Positions 34,344 through 46,100 of a DNA stretch of 60,734 nucleotides are shown here, in pieces. The DNA is taken from the NCBI GenBank assembly GCA_964464475.1, contig CAYXGG010000004.1, positions 70,940-131,673 on the forward strand, in the 5' to 3' direction. The notes under the pieces were generated by a model, which saw only the letters and a list, made by a program, of their open reading frames with translations, was not told where the DNA came from and ran no database searches. A program made the translations under genes and the position numbers. The DNA comes from an uncultured Planctomycetales bacterium (lineage in GTDB: Bacteria > Omnitrophota > Gorgyraeia > Zapsychrales > JAHFFX01). Each line of letters begins with the position of its first letter. Position 1 is the stretch's first letter.

Positions 34344-34450
34344 ACGACTCCATATTTTTAGTAATGATTTTTTATATAGAAAAGAATTATAGACCATAGC
34401 CACAATCCGGAAATCATTACTTTCTACGAGAAAACTAAGTACTATTACGC

Positions 34451-34486
34451 AAAAAAAGTGGGAGTACGATTTCTCATACTCCCACT
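34451..34486 (-). terminator. intrinsic terminator after the cold-shock gene
   Basis: agtgggagta / tactcccact is a 10-bp stem, followed on the minus strand by TTTTTTT. Confidence 0.75.
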
Positions 34487-34513
34487 TAAGACGTTACAAC
34501 GCTTCAACAGCGA

Positions 34514-34714
34514 TTATAACTTTTTCACGTTCTGGGCTTGTTCACCCTTCGGTCCCGTGACGATTTCGAACTCCACCGATTGGCCTTCGGCCAGGGTCTT
34601 GAAACCCTCGCCTTGGATGGCTGAATGATGAACGAAAACATCGTTACCGGATTCTGGCGTGATAAAACCAAAACCTTTTTGGTCGCTAAACCATTTTACT
34701 TTACCTTTAGTCAT
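34514..34714 (-). CDS. cold-shock protein (CspA family)
   Basis: [60 protein letters not shown], containing RNP1 KGFGFI and RNP2 VFVHHS. Confidence 0.92.
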   Translation of the reverse strand: MTKGKVKWFSDQKGFGFITPESGNDVFVHHSAIQGEGFKTLAEGQSVEFEIVTGPKGEQAQNVKKL

Positions 34715-34903
34715 GATTGTAAATCCTCCTTCCCTTGACATTAAGTAAATAGCGCAAAGGTGTTACAGCGCGAAAGGAGACCTTCATGATGCTAAACTAA
34801 GAATGTGTTCAGCCCAACCAGCAAAGGACAATGAAAAAGCCGCTAGGCGACTGATCTTGGGCCTTGCGGCTGAAAGATTCTCTCCTCATTTACTTCGGGA
34901 GTA

Positions 34904-34931
34904 AGTATACCGATCTTCAACACATTGTCAA
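34904..34931 (-). promoter_or_regulatory. sigma70-like promoter of the cold-shock gene (predicts a 5' UTR of about 180 nt)
   Basis: Minus strand: TTGACA (34931-34926), 16 nt, TATACT (34909-34904). Confidence 0.45.
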
Positions 34932-34945
34932 ACAAAAATTCGCCC

Positions 34946-36004
34946 CTAGATTTCAAATTCAAAGAAGGTAACTTCCTTGGGTGTACAATAAATTTCGTCA
35001 TTGCGCGCTATTTTTAAAAGTCGGTTTTCTTCCTGACTAATTTCAACTTGCAGTAAATTACCGTCGCCAGAACGAGCCTCAATTTTTACCATCGAGCCCG
35101 CGGAGTTAACAAACACGACTACGGCTTTGATCGAATTATTGGCCAAGGGAGTTCGAGAAACCGTCAGCTGATGTGGACGCACATACATCTTGGCGGCTTT
35201 CTTCCCCTCCTCTTTAGTGGGCGCTTCAGTTTTCTTTAAAGAAGATAAATTCTTATTTTCTTCCACGCGAGCATGAAAAAGATTCACGTTACCAAGAAAA
35301 TTCAAAACAAAAACCGACGCCGGATTATGATAAACCTCCTCGGGAGTTCCCACCTGCTCAATCTTCCCCTGATTCATCACTACAATTTTATCAGCCACTT
35401 CCAACGCTTCCTCTTGATCGTGAGTTACGAATAACGTCGTAATATGCAATTCATCATGGAAACGCCGCAACCACTGGCGTAATTCTTTCCGCACTTTGGC
35501 ATCAAGCGACCCAAAGGGTTCGTCCAGTAACAAAACTTTGGGCTCGATCGCCAAAGCCCGGGCCAAGGCAATCCGCTGACGCTGCCCGCCGGATAACTGC
35601 GCCGGATAGCGGTCAGCCACCCAATCTAGTTGAACAAGCTTAAGCAACTCGTGTACCTTTTCTTTGATCTTGTCATTACTGGGCCGAACGTTCTTAGGCT
35701 TAACCCTGAGTCCAAAAGCAATATTTTCAAATACGGTCAGGTGACGAAACAATGCGTAATGCTGAAAAACAAAACCAACATTGCGATCTTTGGTCTTTTT
35801 TTCTTTGGCATCCTCGCCATGAAATAGTATTTCTCCCTGTTCGGCGCTCTCTAAGCCCGCGATGATTCGCAACAAAGTCGTCTTCCCTGATCCGGAAGGA
35901 CCTAATAGCGCAATCAGCTCTCCCGTCTGAATATTCAAATGGACTTGGTCTAAAGCCTTGAAATGACCGAAATTCTTCGTAATATTTTTTACCTCGATAC
36001 TCAT
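34946..36004 (-). CDS. cysA: sulfate/thiosulfate ABC transporter ATP-binding protein
   Basis: [31 protein letters not shown], and a C-terminal TOBE-like extension. It sits in a cysT-cysW-cysA arrangement. Confidence 0.9.
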   Translation of the reverse strand: MSIEVKNITKNFGHFKALDQVHLNIQTGELIALLGPSGSGKTTLLRIIAGLESAEQGEILFHGEDAKEKKTKDRNVGFVFQHYALFRHLTVFENIAFGLRVKPKNVRPSNDKIKEKVHELLKLVQLDWVADRYPAQLSGGQRQRIALARALAIEPKVLLLDEPFGSLDAKVRKELRQWLRRFHDELHITTLFVTHDQEEALEVADKIVVMNQGKIEQVGTPEEVYHNPASVFVLNFLGNVNLFHARVEENKNLSSLKKTEAPTKEEGKKAAKMYVRPHQLTVSRTPLANNSIKAVVVFVNSAGSMVKIEARSGDGNLLQVEISQEENRLLKIARNDEIYCTPKEVTFFEFEI

Positions 36005-36849
36005 GACGGAGTCTCCGTTTTTCGTAACGCTTTTAACTCTTCTCTGAATTTATGTTCCACCGCGGACTTCAAAACCAACGTGACTAAAGCCAACATAGCT
36101 AAAACCGACGCTACCGCGAACGCCGCCGTAAACTGATACTCGTTATACAAAATCTCAATGTGCAACGGAAGCGTGTTCGTCAATCCACGAATATGCCCCG
36201 AGACAACCGACACCGCCCCAAATTCGCCCATCGCCCGCGCATTGCACAAGATCACGCCGTAAAGCAAACCCCACTTAATATTTGGTAGCGTGACCCGCCA
36301 AAACGTCTGCCAACCGCTGGCACCGAGCGTTAGTGCGGCTTCCTCTTCTTCATTCCCCTGCGTTTTCATGACAGGGATCAATTCCCTGGCCACCATCGGA
36401 AACGTCACAAAGATCGTCGCCAGGATAATCGCCGGTGGCGCGAAAATAATTTTAATCCCCTGCTGTATCAGCCAAGGCCCCAGCAAACCTTGAGCACCAA
36501 ACAGCAAAACATAGATAAGCCCGGAAATTACCGGAGAGACAGACAAAGGTAAATCGATCAACGTCAACAAAAAGTTTTTGCCTCGAAAATCAAATTTAGC
36601 AATACACCAGGAAGCGGCTACCCCAAAAACTAAATTAAGGGGAACCGCGATCCCAGCCGTCAACAACGTCAACTTCAAGGCCGACCAAGCGTCTTCATCC
36701 GCCAATGATTTCCAATAAAGAGCCCATCCTTTTCCAAACGCATTAACAAAAACTGCCGCCAGCGGCACAAAAATAATTAACGTAAATAATGTTAACGCCA
36801 GCGCAATCAAAATACGCCTAACCCAAAGCGACTCTCCTCGGATAAGCAT
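36001..36849 (-). CDS. cysW: sulfate ABC transporter permease
   Basis: BPD-type permease with an EAA-like loop ([21 protein letters not shown]). ATGA overlap with cysA. Confidence 0.85.
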   Translation of the reverse strand: MLIRGESLWVRRILIALALTLFTLIIFVPLAAVFVNAFGKGWALYWKSLADEDAWSALKLTLLTAGIAVPLNLVFGVAASWCIAKFDFRGKNFLLTLIDLPLSVSPVISGLIYVLLFGAQGLLGPWLIQQGIKIIFAPPAIILATIFVTFPMVARELIPVMKTQGNEEEEAALTLGASGWQTFWRVTLPNIKWGLLYGVILCNARAMGEFGAVSVVSGHIRGLTNTLPLHIEILYNEYQFTAAFAVASVLAMLALVTLVLKSAVEHKFREELKALRKTETPS

Positions 36850-36850
36850 C

Positions 36851-37687
36851 TTAATTCATTCCTATCTTTCTTGACGAAAATTGCTGGATAAGGTTAGTCA
36901 CGGTCAATAGAATAAATGAAACGCCCAACATCACTATCGCAATGGCCGTCGCCCCCGCGTAATCAAACTGTTCAAGTTTAGTCATAATCAGCAAAGGAGC
37001 TATCTCCGTTTTGCCCGGCATATTGCCGGCTATAAAAATAACGGAACCATATTCCCCGACACCTCGGGCAAATGCTAACGTAAATCCCGTAATTAACGGT
37101 GGGACCAAATTAGGGAAAAGCACGCGGCTGAATGTTTGCCAGCGATTAGCCCCTAAACTCGCCGCGGCGTCTTCAAGTTCGGCATCCAACTCCTGCAAAA
37201 CAGGTTCTAGCGTTCGTACGACAAAAGGGAGCCCGATGAAAACCAGCGCGACCGTGACGCCAAACGGGCTATACGCCGACTGGATTCCCCAAGAATACAA
37301 ATATTTTCCAATCCAACCATTTTGAGAGTATAACGCGCTTAACGTAATCCCTGCGACTGCGGTGGGCAATGCAAAAGGCAAGTCCACAAAAGCATCAATG
37401 ATCTTCTTACCCGGAAAAGAGTACCTTACCAGCACCCAAGCCAGCAGAAATCCCACGAAAACATTAATAACACTGGCAATTAGGCTGGCAAAAAAAGTTA
37501 GCCGATAGGCCGCCAGAGAACGCGGGCTGGCCACCGCCTCCCAGAATTCTTTCAATCCCATTGTCGATGATTTAACTAACAACATCGACAATGGGATTAA
37601 GACAATTAAACTTAAATAAAATACGGTATATCCTAAAGATAATTTAAAACCCGGAAGATTATGCCGTTGTTTTTTGCGATTGATCAT
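36851..37687 (-). CDS. cysT: sulfate ABC transporter permease
   Basis: BPD-type permease (EDAAASLGANRWQTFSRVLFP), immediately 5' of cysW. Confidence 0.85.
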   Translation of the reverse strand: MINRKKQRHNLPGFKLSLGYTVFYLSLIVLIPLSMLLVKSSTMGLKEFWEAVASPRSLAAYRLTFFASLIASVINVFVGFLLAWVLVRYSFPGKKIIDAFVDLPFALPTAVAGITLSALYSQNGWIGKYLYSWGIQSAYSPFGVTVALVFIGLPFVVRTLEPVLQELDAELEDAAASLGANRWQTFSRVLFPNLVPPLITGFTLAFARGVGEYGSVIFIAGNMPGKTEIAPLLIMTKLEQFDYAGATAIAIVMLGVSFILLTVTNLIQQFSSRKIGMN

Positions 37688-37750
37688 AGCGACATTCTAC
37701 CCATAAATATCCAGGATGCAATAACGTCTCCAGAAATACTTAACAAGAGT

Positions 37751-38767
37751 CTAATTTTGATAAATTTGATCAAAAAATCCCTTATCAGCAAAATGCTTTT
37801 CCTGAGCGTGCTTCCATCCGCCGAAATCACGATCAATTGTCAACAAATCGACTTTAGGAAATTTATCCGCATATTTTTCAGCAACTTTTGCCGATCTGGG
37901 ACGAAAATGATGTTTGGCAATAACTTCTTGGGCTTCCTCTGAATAAAGGAATTTCAAATATTCTTCAGCGATCTTCCGATTACCTTTGCGGTCCGCGTTG
38001 CGTTCAACGACCGCTACCGATGGTTCAGCCAAAATACTGATTGAAGGGATAACCACTTCAAACTTATCCGGACCCAAATCTTTGATCGCCAAAAAAGCTT
38101 CATTTTCCCAAGCAATCAACACATCTCCGATACCCCGCTCAACAAATGTCGTTGTGGATCCACGAGCCCCTGAATCCAAAACCGGAACATTCTTAAACAA
38201 AGCCTTCAAAAATTCTTTGGCCTTCAACTCATCATTATTATGTTGACGTAAGGCATAGCCCCAAGCCGCTAAATAATTCCACCGGGCCCCACCCGATGTT
38301 TTGGGGTTAGGTGTAATCACCGAGATCCCGGCCCGGACCAAATCGTTCCAATCCTTTATATTCTTGGGATTACCTTTTCGAACCAAAAAAACGATTGTTG
38401 ACGTATACGGAGCGCTGTTGTCAGGCAACAGCTGTTGCCAATTTTTAGGAAGAAGGCCTGACTTCTCGGCAATAGCATCAATATCATAGGCCAACGCCAA
38501 AGTAACAACATCGGCTTCCAACCCATCAATCACCGAACGGGCCTGCTTCCCACTCCCCCCGTGAGATTGGTTGATTTTGACCTCTTGCCCACCTAGGCTT
38601 TGCCAATGTTCATTAAATAAATTATTGTATTCCTCATACAGCTCTCTCGTCGGATCATAAGAAACATTCAATAAAGCTCCTTTTTTTCCGGCCGCAAACG
38701 CATTGCCGCTCATAAAGATTCCCACCATGAATGCCAAAACTCCCACTAAAATTGTTCGATGTAACAT
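37751..38767 (-). CDS. sbp: sulfate-binding periplasmic protein
   Basis: [18 protein letters not shown]...W.......[29 protein letters not shown] is a characteristic Sbp/CysP N-terminal region. Confidence 0.9.
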   Translation of the reverse strand: MLHRTILVGVLAFMVGIFMSGNAFAAGKKGALLNVSYDPTRELYEEYNNLFNEHWQSLGGQEVKINQSHGGSGKQARSVIDGLEADVVTLALAYDIDAIAEKSGLLPKNWQQLLPDNSAPYTSTIVFLVRKGNPKNIKDWNDLVRAGISVITPNPKTSGGARWNYLAAWGYALRQHNNDELKAKEFLKALFKNVPVLDSGARGSTTTFVERGIGDVLIAWENEAFLAIKDLGPDKFEVVIPSISILAEPSVAVVERNADRKGNRKIAEEYLKFLYSEEAQEVIAKHHFRPRSAKVAEKYADKFPKVDLLTIDRDFGGWKHAQEKHFADKGFFDQIYQN

Positions 38768-38799
38768 TTCTTGCTCCTTTGTTTGTTGTTTATTTATTA

Positions 38800-40152
38800 T
38801 TAATAACTGACCTGAAAACGGGTTAATACGGCGTTTTCTGGCTTACGATCTTCTCGTGAGACATTACCATTCTCAAACTTGGTTTGTTCAAAACCCAAAG
38901 CCACCTTGACGTTCTTATTCAACCACCAGTTTAACCCTAGCCCCCATGCGTCTGCCGTGGAGATAGCGGTCGTCAAACTGGCAAAACCATTTTTGAAAGC
39001 TTCATCGTCAATCTTAAGGTGTTCGTATCGACCCACCAATTCCAAAGCACCCCAGTTGCCTTCAGCCAAATTAAAAGGCTTCAGCGGCGTGATACCGCGA
39101 TAGGACGCGTTCTCGCCTGTCAGAACATACGTCCCAACGACCTGCCATGCTGTGTTGGTAAAGTCTTCTGAAAAAGTGCGGTTACTTTGGACTCTCGTAA
39201 CGGCCTGTTCTGAAGATATGTATTCGCCCAATACACCAAAAGAATCATGATAAAAATACGCTTGAGGAGAGAACCGCAGGTGCTCTCCATCCGCCGTGAC
39301 ACCGGAAGCGTAATTAAAAATAGCGGCCTGCCCTGCGGAACGATAGGTAGGCAGACTGCTTCCTTCTTTATGGCCATAACTGATGGCCCCACCGACACCT
39401 AACCCTTTAAAAAAACTATCCCCGTTTTTGAACGGGTGGGCGAACAGACGACCAACAACTTCCTTATCATTATTGGTGTCCGTATCCGAGCTCCCCGCAT
39501 CGGATGTTCCGTTAAACGCCCCCACGGCATAACTGAGCGTTTCATTAAAAATATCACCGGAGAGCTGTACCCCTACATCTCGATTGGGGCCCAAGTTACC
39601 AGTCAAACCCAACTCCGTAAAAGCTCCCACGGCATCCGATTGCAACCGCTCCAACGCAAAGGGTGCTTTAAATTTACCCGCCCTAAATTTAGCTTTAGGA
39701 AAGTATTTGTACTCAATGTAACCATCAACAAGTTGTTGTTGGCCACTGCCAAAATCAGGCATCAGGTAAAAATCAAAATCTTTGGCAACCGTCCCTTCAA
39801 AAATAGGCCTGGCCCGACGGACCAAAAAGCTATCGGTATAACCTAAATCTTTTTTATCATCGGCAATAAAACGCGCATCGGCCTGCAGCAAGCCACGGAC
39901 TCTTAATTTAAAGCTATCATCCGGAGATTTTATACTAAAACCATCTTTAGTCGATGCCGTGACTAACGGAATTTCCGCCGCCTTTTTGGCTTTATCTTCT
40001 TTTTCGATCTCTAATTGGCGCTTAAGGATTGCCACAGCTTGCTCTAATTCGGCCAACCGACTTTCAAGCGAAGGGTCTGCAAACACTTGCGTTGGATTAG
40101 AAAAGATTGTGAATACCATCATGATTGTGAATAAATACCGGAACAATTTCAT
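38800..40152 (-). CDS. anion-selective porin, OprO/OprP (porin O_P) family, with N-terminal coiled coil
   Basis: Signal peptide, then [20 protein letters not shown], then a beta-barrel with K/R-rich early strands ([15 protein letters not shown]...[12 protein letters not shown]). GGAGG lies 5' of the ATG. Confidence 0.7.
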   Translation of the reverse strand: MKLFRYLFTIMMVFTIFSNPTQVFADPSLESRLAELEQAVAILKRQLEIEKEDKAKKAAEIPLVTASTKDGFSIKSPDDSFKLRVRGLLQADARFIADDKKDLGYTDSFLVRRARPIFEGTVAKDFDFYLMPDFGSGQQQLVDGYIEYKYFPKAKFRAGKFKAPFALERLQSDAVGAFTELGLTGNLGPNRDVGVQLSGDIFNETLSYAVGAFNGTSDAGSSDTDTNNDKEVVGRLFAHPFKNGDSFFKGLGVGGAISYGHKEGSSLPTYRSAGQAAIFNYASGVTADGEHLRFSPQAYFYHDSFGVLGEYISSEQAVTRVQSNRTFSEDFTNTAWQVVGTYVLTGENASYRGITPLKPFNLAEGNWGALELVGRYEHLKIDDEAFKNGFASLTTAISTADAWGLGLNWWLNKNVKVALGFEQTKFENGNVSREDRKPENAVLTRFQVSY

Positions 40153-40280
40153 GGAAGCCTCCTTTACGAACTATCGTATTTACTTCGGCCTCCGGTTGTC
40201 CGGTCGGTTGACGAACGAGTAATTTTATTTATGTGCAGTTGTCTGCTGATCTATAGTTATATTATTTAATTAGATATAAT

Positions 40281-40448
40281 TTATCCCTTTTCTTGATCAT
40301 CAAATCTTCGCTTATGAGTGGTCTCGATTTGAACGATACGAGAATTCTGGACAACAATTAAAACGGTCCCATACTTAATGGCCCTTACAGACCGTAAGAT
40401 TTCTTTGTCTTTCTCGCTTATCTCAAACTTATCTTGACTATCAATCAT
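40281..40448 (-). CDS. YezD-family (DUF2292) small protein, 55 aa (unannotated, below the ORF-track cutoff)
   Basis: Hand translation gives MIDSQDKFEISEKDKEILRSVRAIKYGTVLIVVQNSRIVQIETTHKRRFDDQEKG. The motif (..YG.V.I.VQ...IVQIE....R.) matches my memory of the family. No clear SD is present. Confidence 0.55.
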   Translation of the reverse strand: MIDSQDKFEISEKDKEILRSVRAIKYGTVLIVVQNSRIVQIETTHKRRFDDQEKG

Positions 40449-40495
40449 AGACTATATTATCTATAAACTTAGTAGACTTATTGGACAAAAAAATT

Positions 40496-40951
40496 TTAAA
40501 TCTGATAATTCATCACCATCGATAAACTTAACACGCCTGATTTTTCAATCATATCGGACAAACTGGTCTTATCTAATATATTTGTCATGGCCTCTCTCAC
40601 ATCTTTCATGACCAACCGGATCCCACAATGGTGCTCGTCCTGGCATTCCTTACATCGCTGATAAGCGGTTTGACTAACACATGAAACCGGTGCTAGCGGA
40701 CCATCCAAGATTCTGATTACTTGACCCAATTTAATCTCAGAAGGATGGCGAGCTAATTGATAGCCGCCTCCTTTTCCCTTTTTGCTTTGCAAAATCCCAT
40801 GGTTCTTTAAATCCAATAGAATCAGTTCCAGGAACTTTTTAGGGATCCTTTCTTCTTTCGCGAGATCAGCAATAAGGATCGACCCTTGATTATATTTTTT
40901 ACTTAAGTGAATGAGCGCGTGCAAACCGTATTTAGTTTTGCTTGATAACAT
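40496..40951 (-). CDS. Rrf2-family transcriptional regulator (CymR/IscR-like) with Cys cluster
   Basis: MLSSKTKYGLHALIHLSK......I..LA..E.IPKKFLE.IL..L...GIL.S..G..GGY.LAR, followed by CVSQTAYQRCKECQDEHHC. Confidence 0.9.
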   Translation of the reverse strand: MLSSKTKYGLHALIHLSKKYNQGSILIADLAKEERIPKKFLELILLDLKNHGILQSKKGKGGGYQLARHPSEIKLGQVIRILDGPLAPVSCVSQTAYQRCKECQDEHHCGIRLVMKDVREAMTNILDKTSLSDMIEKSGVLSLSMVMNYQI

Positions 40952-41035
40952 AATCTATATCCCTATAGAGATGATAGAGAATAAAACTTTAATTCCAATC
41001 TGTCAAGAATAATTTTCAAGGATTAAAATCCTGAA

Positions 41036-42625
41036 CTACCAATCAATCGGAAAATAATCTTTAAGGAACTTACCACACCAATGCTCCCCGGTAAGGATGC
41101 CGGAAAAGAAAGGATCACAGACGCGCGCCGCTCCATCCACAATGTCTAGCGGTGGCTGAAAATCATGTTCTGCCTGTTTGGCCTTAGAAAGCTGAATCGG
41201 ATCTTCATCCGTCACCCAGCCCGTATCAACCGCGTTCATGTAAATGCCGTAATTGGCCAAATCCCGCGCCGAGGTATGCGTTAACATATTGAGCGCCGCC
41301 TTCGCCATATTGGTATGGGGATGACGGTCCGTTTTTGTGTAGCGATGAAACTTCCCCTCCATTGCGGAAACGTTGACGATATGCTTTTTGCCCGTATTAT
41401 CCCGCTTCATGACGTTGACCAAACGATTGCATAACACAAAGGGTGCGATTGAATTGACTAACTGCAACTCCAAAAGTTCGGCCGTCGGCACTTCACCGAG
41501 CTTCAATCGCCAGCTATTCATCGTTCGCAAATCAACTTGTTGCAAATCAGCATCTAACTCACCTTTTGGGAAAACTTGTTCGGCGGGTAGCGTGTGGTCG
41601 TATTCGTAAGGGATTTGAGACAATTGCGCGGAGGCGCGCAAACCGACACCCGGCGCTTTCCCGCTCCAGGAGATGGAAAGCGCCGTCGTCGCATCTTTGG
41701 ACGCTTCATTCGCCATTTCCTGACGAGCGATCATGATCTGTGTTTGCGTGGTTATTTTACGTTTGCAGACTTCAAAAGGCCTTAGAAGTTTCTGGACCTT
41801 CTCAGGTAATTCGTCAAAAGAAAGCATTTCTTTAGGCATCATGTGCGAATAAAATCCCGGCGGACGACGAACGGTTTGCGCCGCGTTATTAACCAAAATA
41901 TCAAGCCGATCATATGTCTGCTCAAAATACGTGCAAAACAATTCCACACTGGGCGTGTGCCGCAAATCCAACCCATAAATATGCAGCCGGTCCCCCCAGT
42001 CATCAAAATCTTTCTCCGCCGCGTAGCGCAGCGCCGAATCGACCGGAAACCGGGTCGTCGCGACAACCCGCGCCCCCGCCCGCAGCATCATTAACGTCGA
42101 TTGGTAACCGATTTTTAATCGCGATCCGGTAATGAGCGCCAGCATCCCATGCATCGGCGCCGTCTGAAACCTTTTGGCATAATTAAATTCCGCGCACTCG
42201 GGACACATGGAGTCATAAAAAAAATGCATTTGGGTGAATTCTTTTTTACACACGTAACAATTACGAGGTTTCACCAAACACAAATCCTGGGCCCGTTGAG
42301 TGGCGGACTGGTCTGTGATTTGCGCAGGCGCGGTAAAAACCGTGGCCGTGCGCGCACTGCGAATACCCGTCAGCGAGCGGGCTTTGCGTTCATGAGCGAC
42401 GATACGTTGGCGCTTGACTTTCCTTCCGTCCCGACGACGTTTGATGATCTCATCGCGATCCGGTCGGGACAGCTTTCCTGCAGCAATCAAGAGCGCGTTA
42501 CGCGTTTCTAGGGGAACAAGCACCAGCTGCTCACTATTTTCCACCAGTCCTTCCAGCGTCTTTAAACACTGTTGGACTTCCTGCTCAGTATATTTGGCTT
42601 CAATTTTCTGTGGTTGAGGACACAT
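41036..42625 (-). CDS. SDR-superfamily oxidoreductase with a ~170-aa N-terminal extension containing a CxxC...CxxC motif
   Basis: Rossmann motif [34 protein letters not shown] motif (LVNNAAQT), and active-site-like HTNMAKAAL. The extension contains [22 protein letters not shown]. Confidence 0.65.
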   Translation of the reverse strand: MCPQPQKIEAKYTEQEVQQCLKTLEGLVENSEQLVLVPLETRNALLIAAGKLSRPDRDEIIKRRRDGRKVKRQRIVAHERKARSLTGIRSARTATVFTAPAQITDQSATQRAQDLCLVKPRNCYVCKKEFTQMHFFYDSMCPECAEFNYAKRFQTAPMHGMLALITGSRLKIGYQSTLMMLRAGARVVATTRFPVDSALRYAAEKDFDDWGDRLHIYGLDLRHTPSVELFCTYFEQTYDRLDILVNNAAQTVRRPPGFYSHMMPKEMLSFDELPEKVQKLLRPFEVCKRKITTQTQIMIARQEMANEASKDATTALSISWSGKAPGVGLRASAQLSQIPYEYDHTLPAEQVFPKGELDADLQQVDLRTMNSWRLKLGEVPTAELLELQLVNSIAPFVLCNRLVNVMKRDNTGKKHIVNVSAMEGKFHRYTKTDRHPHTNMAKAALNMLTHTSARDLANYGIYMNAVDTGWVTDEDPIQLSKAKQAEHDFQPPLDIVDGAARVCDPFFSGILTGEHWCGKFLKDYFPIDW

Positions 42626-42645
42626 AGCGAATGAACAGGTGATGA

Positions 42646-43047
42646 TTATTTCTGGTAGGCCGTATACTTATCCGATTTTCCTTTGGCCCGGGCGACCGGA
42701 TATTTAGCTTCATTCTTTTTCATTTTATTTTTAATCGCCTGGGCTAAATCAATCTGCTGCAGGTGACAAAAATCCAAAAGATAAATAGCGATATCCGCTA
42801 ATTCATCTTCGATCTCTTGCTTTTTTACCGGATCTTTTAAAACCTGCCGGCTTTCTTCGGCGGAATTGGCCCACTGGAAATGCTCCATCAATTCCGCGGC
42901 TTCAATCGCGATCGACATGCTGACATTCTTAGGAGAGTGAAATTGTTCCCAATCGCGCTCCTGAATAAACCGGGCAATCTGCGCTTGCACTTCTTCCCAA
43001 TTTTCCGATGGTAATCGTCGGCTCAATGCGGTCTCCTTTATTCTCAC
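42646..43047 (-). CDS. MazG-like nucleotide pyrophosphohydrolase
   Basis: [30 protein letters not shown]...........[17 protein letters not shown] start in the track. Confidence 0.75.
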   Translation of the reverse strand: MRIKETALSRRLPSENWEEVQAQIARFIQERDWEQFHSPKNVSMSIAIEAAELMEHFQWANSAEESRQVLKDPVKKQEIEDELADIAIYLLDFCHLQQIDLAQAIKNKMKKNEAKYPVARAKGKSDKYTAYQK

Positions 43048-43120
43048 CTAACAAAAACGCTCCATTATAGGCGACAATCTTAACCGAAACTAATATTTTT
43101 TCTGGGCAACTACTAACAAC

Positions 43121-46100
43121 CTATTCTCGCCAATCGCCACCCAACGCTTTAATAAGTTCAACAGTCGAAATAAGACTGCGGTTTAAAATGCGAACGGAAT
43201 CAAGTTCGGACTGCAGACGCGATCTTTCCGTATCCACGACATCCAGAAAATTAACCAGACCCTGGCGATAACGGGCATTGGAAATATCCGCCGATTGCCG
43301 CGCGGCGTCCATCACCTTTTGTTGAACCAGCCACTGCTCGCGCCCCAAACGGATGCGGGCCAGAGCGTTTTCTACTTCCGAAAAAGCCACTAAAATACGC
43401 TGTCGATATTGGGCCGTCGTTACTTCGTGTTCAGCGCGTGCGGCCTCCAGATTAGCGCGATTAGCGCCACCGTTAAAAACCGGAATAGTAATATTCGGCC
43501 CCAATGACCAGAATCGACTTTCCCAATTAGCGACATCGCGAAGTTCAACACTTTCTAATCCGGCGGCTCCGGTCAGTGTGATTTTCGGAAAGAAAGCCGC
43601 CTGAGCAGCCCCGATACGCGCGTTAGCTGCCGCCATCAGACGCTCGCTTTCAGCGATATCCGGACGTCGTTCCAGCAAAAACGCCGGTAGTCCCGGCGGA
43701 ATCACCGGAGGCACAATATCCAATGGCTTTACCTCAAGCGTAAAATCCGATGCTGGTTTTCCTAATAAAACCGCCAAAGCGTTTTCCGCTTCCGCTCGCT
43801 GACGGGCCACATCAATCTTGTCGGCTTCGGCTTTCGCCAATTCAGTTTGCACGCGCGAAACATCCAATTCACTGACAACCCCCGATTGATAACGATCCTC
43901 AACCAACGACAGCGCATTGCGACGCAAATCCAAAGCCTTATCAAAAATCTCCATCTCGGTCTCTAATTCACGCAAAATAAAATAATTCCTGGCTACGTCC
44001 GCGGTCACGGACAAAAGCACCGTTTGAAAAGCCGCCTCACTGGCCGATACTTCCGAGTTAGCAGCGGCAAACAAATGCTCCACTCTTCCCCAAACATCCA
44101 GCTCATAACTTAAATCAAAAGGCATTGAATATTTATCATGCGGATTATCCACGAAAAATCCCGAGGAAACATTTTGAGAGGTGTGTTCTCGAGTATACGA
44201 AGGTTTAGCGTCGACATGCGGAAAAAAATCCGCGCGGCTTAATCGCGCCAGGGCTCGAGATTTATTAAGGGAAGCAAACGCCACCTTCAAGTTTTGATTA
44301 TGCTCAATCGCCTGTTGCTGCAATTCATTTAATAACGGATCACGAAAAACCTTCCACCACTGCCCCCGCGGCACATCGTCGCGAGGCTCAGCCTGCTTCC
44401 AGTTGGGGTCCTCAACTTTCCAACCCGCGGGCATGGGCGCTTCCGGACGCTGATAGGGAACGCCCCTCGAGCAACCTGACGACAAAACCATCAGGACTAT
44501 CAGTACCGCCGCCTTCACTGGTTCGGCAATCAAAGGGCTAACCGGAACTTTGGGTTGATTTTTCTTACCGCTTAACAACACGTATACGACCGGAATAACG
44601 ACCAAGGTCAAAAATGTACTGGTGATCATACCCCCTACGGCCGCGACCCCCAAAGGCCGACGGCTTTCCGCCCCGGCGCCAAATCCAATCGCGATCGGCA
44701 AAATACCGGCAATCGTCGCTGTCGCCGTCATTAAAATGGGACGCAACCGAATCAATCCTGACGCCAACATCGCTTCCCGGGCGTCTTTGCCCTTAGCCAT
44801 TTGCTGATTGGCAAAATCAACCAGCAAAATACCATTTTTAGTAACCAGCCCAATGAGCAGAATCATTCCGATTTGACTAAACAAATTCAAACCCATCGCT
44901 GGAACGCCAAAATAATTCATCAGCCACAACGAAAAGAACGCGCCAAACGCCGCCAGCGGCACCGTCAGCATAACCGTCAACGGATGGACCAAACTTTCAA
45001 ATTGCGCGGCCAATACCATATAAATAACCAGCATAGACAACACCAAAACGAATAACGTTTCCTGACCAGATTCCAACAAGTCCTGAGCCTCACCGGTCCA
45101 TTCATACCGAAAATCTGCCGGCAATTCCTTCTTTAATAATTCCTCAACGTTCTTGACCGCGGTCCCGAGAGGAACCCCGATCGGCGTGCCTTCAATCGTC
45201 GCCGAACGGAAACGGTTAAAATGATTAATCGCGCTCGGCCCCGCACCAGTTTCATAACTGACGACATTGCTTAACTGAATCAGCTGACCTTGGTCATTGC
45301 GCACATATAGGCGATCCAAATCCGCCGGCGTTAAACGAGATTCCCGTCGCAGCTGCACAATCACGTCATATTCCTTACCCTGTAAATTCAGTTTGCTTAA
45401 ATCCAACCCACCAAACAAAATCTGCAACGTGTGCGAAATAGATTCGATGGAAACACCCAACGCCGCCGCGCGATTACGATCAATATAGACACGTAATTCG
45501 GGTTTATTTAATTCGAACGTAGAACGAACATTTGCGAGATACCCCGAAGTTCGTAACTTTCCACTGAACTCCGCGGCAAAACGGCTCAGCTCTTCCAAAT
45601 TCTGACTTTGCAAAACCAGTTGAAACGGCTGAGAAAAACCACCACCGATCGCTTTGGGAACAATGGGGATCACAATCGCCCCTTCGATGTTCATAAAAAA
45701 CTGCCCGGCCAGACCCGTAGGCCCGCCAATTATGTCACGAATATGACGATCTCGTTCCTCCTTAAGACGTATAAATGATAGCCCCTCCGCCGAGCGTCCG
45801 GGACCGCCACGCGAAAGCGCCACCGCAGAGAAATAACCCTCAACTTCCGGGACAGAAGCAATGATGCCTTCTGCTTTCTTAACCATGCGATCAGTGTATT
45901 CACTAGTGGAACCTTCCGGGGCGATAACAATGCAAAACAAACGTCCCTTGTCTTCATCGGGGAGAAACTCCCGACTCAATTTAGAGTAAAAAAATACTGA
46001 AGACGCGCAGATGACCAACGCGACAACAACAATAACCCAGGGAAACTTAAGCGCCCAGCGTAACACTTTTTCATACAGATTCGTCGTGGCGGTAAACGCG

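Noticed and set aside
39436-39846. 136-aa plus-strand ORF inside the porin gene
   Set aside because: It is a shadow ORF antisense to a gene with clear porin features, and it has no start context.
41839-42511. Cluster of 70-120-aa ORFs in both strands inside the SDR gene
   Set aside because: They are GC-rich shadow frames full of Arg and Pro. The long frame carries the Rossmann and NNAA motifs.
44471-44540. Ordinary two-gene RND/OMF arrangement with a normal start for the OMF
   Set aside because: There is no stop codon, no ATG and no SD in the junction, so the standard arrangement is not supported by the sequence as given. A sequencing error cannot be excluded without reads.
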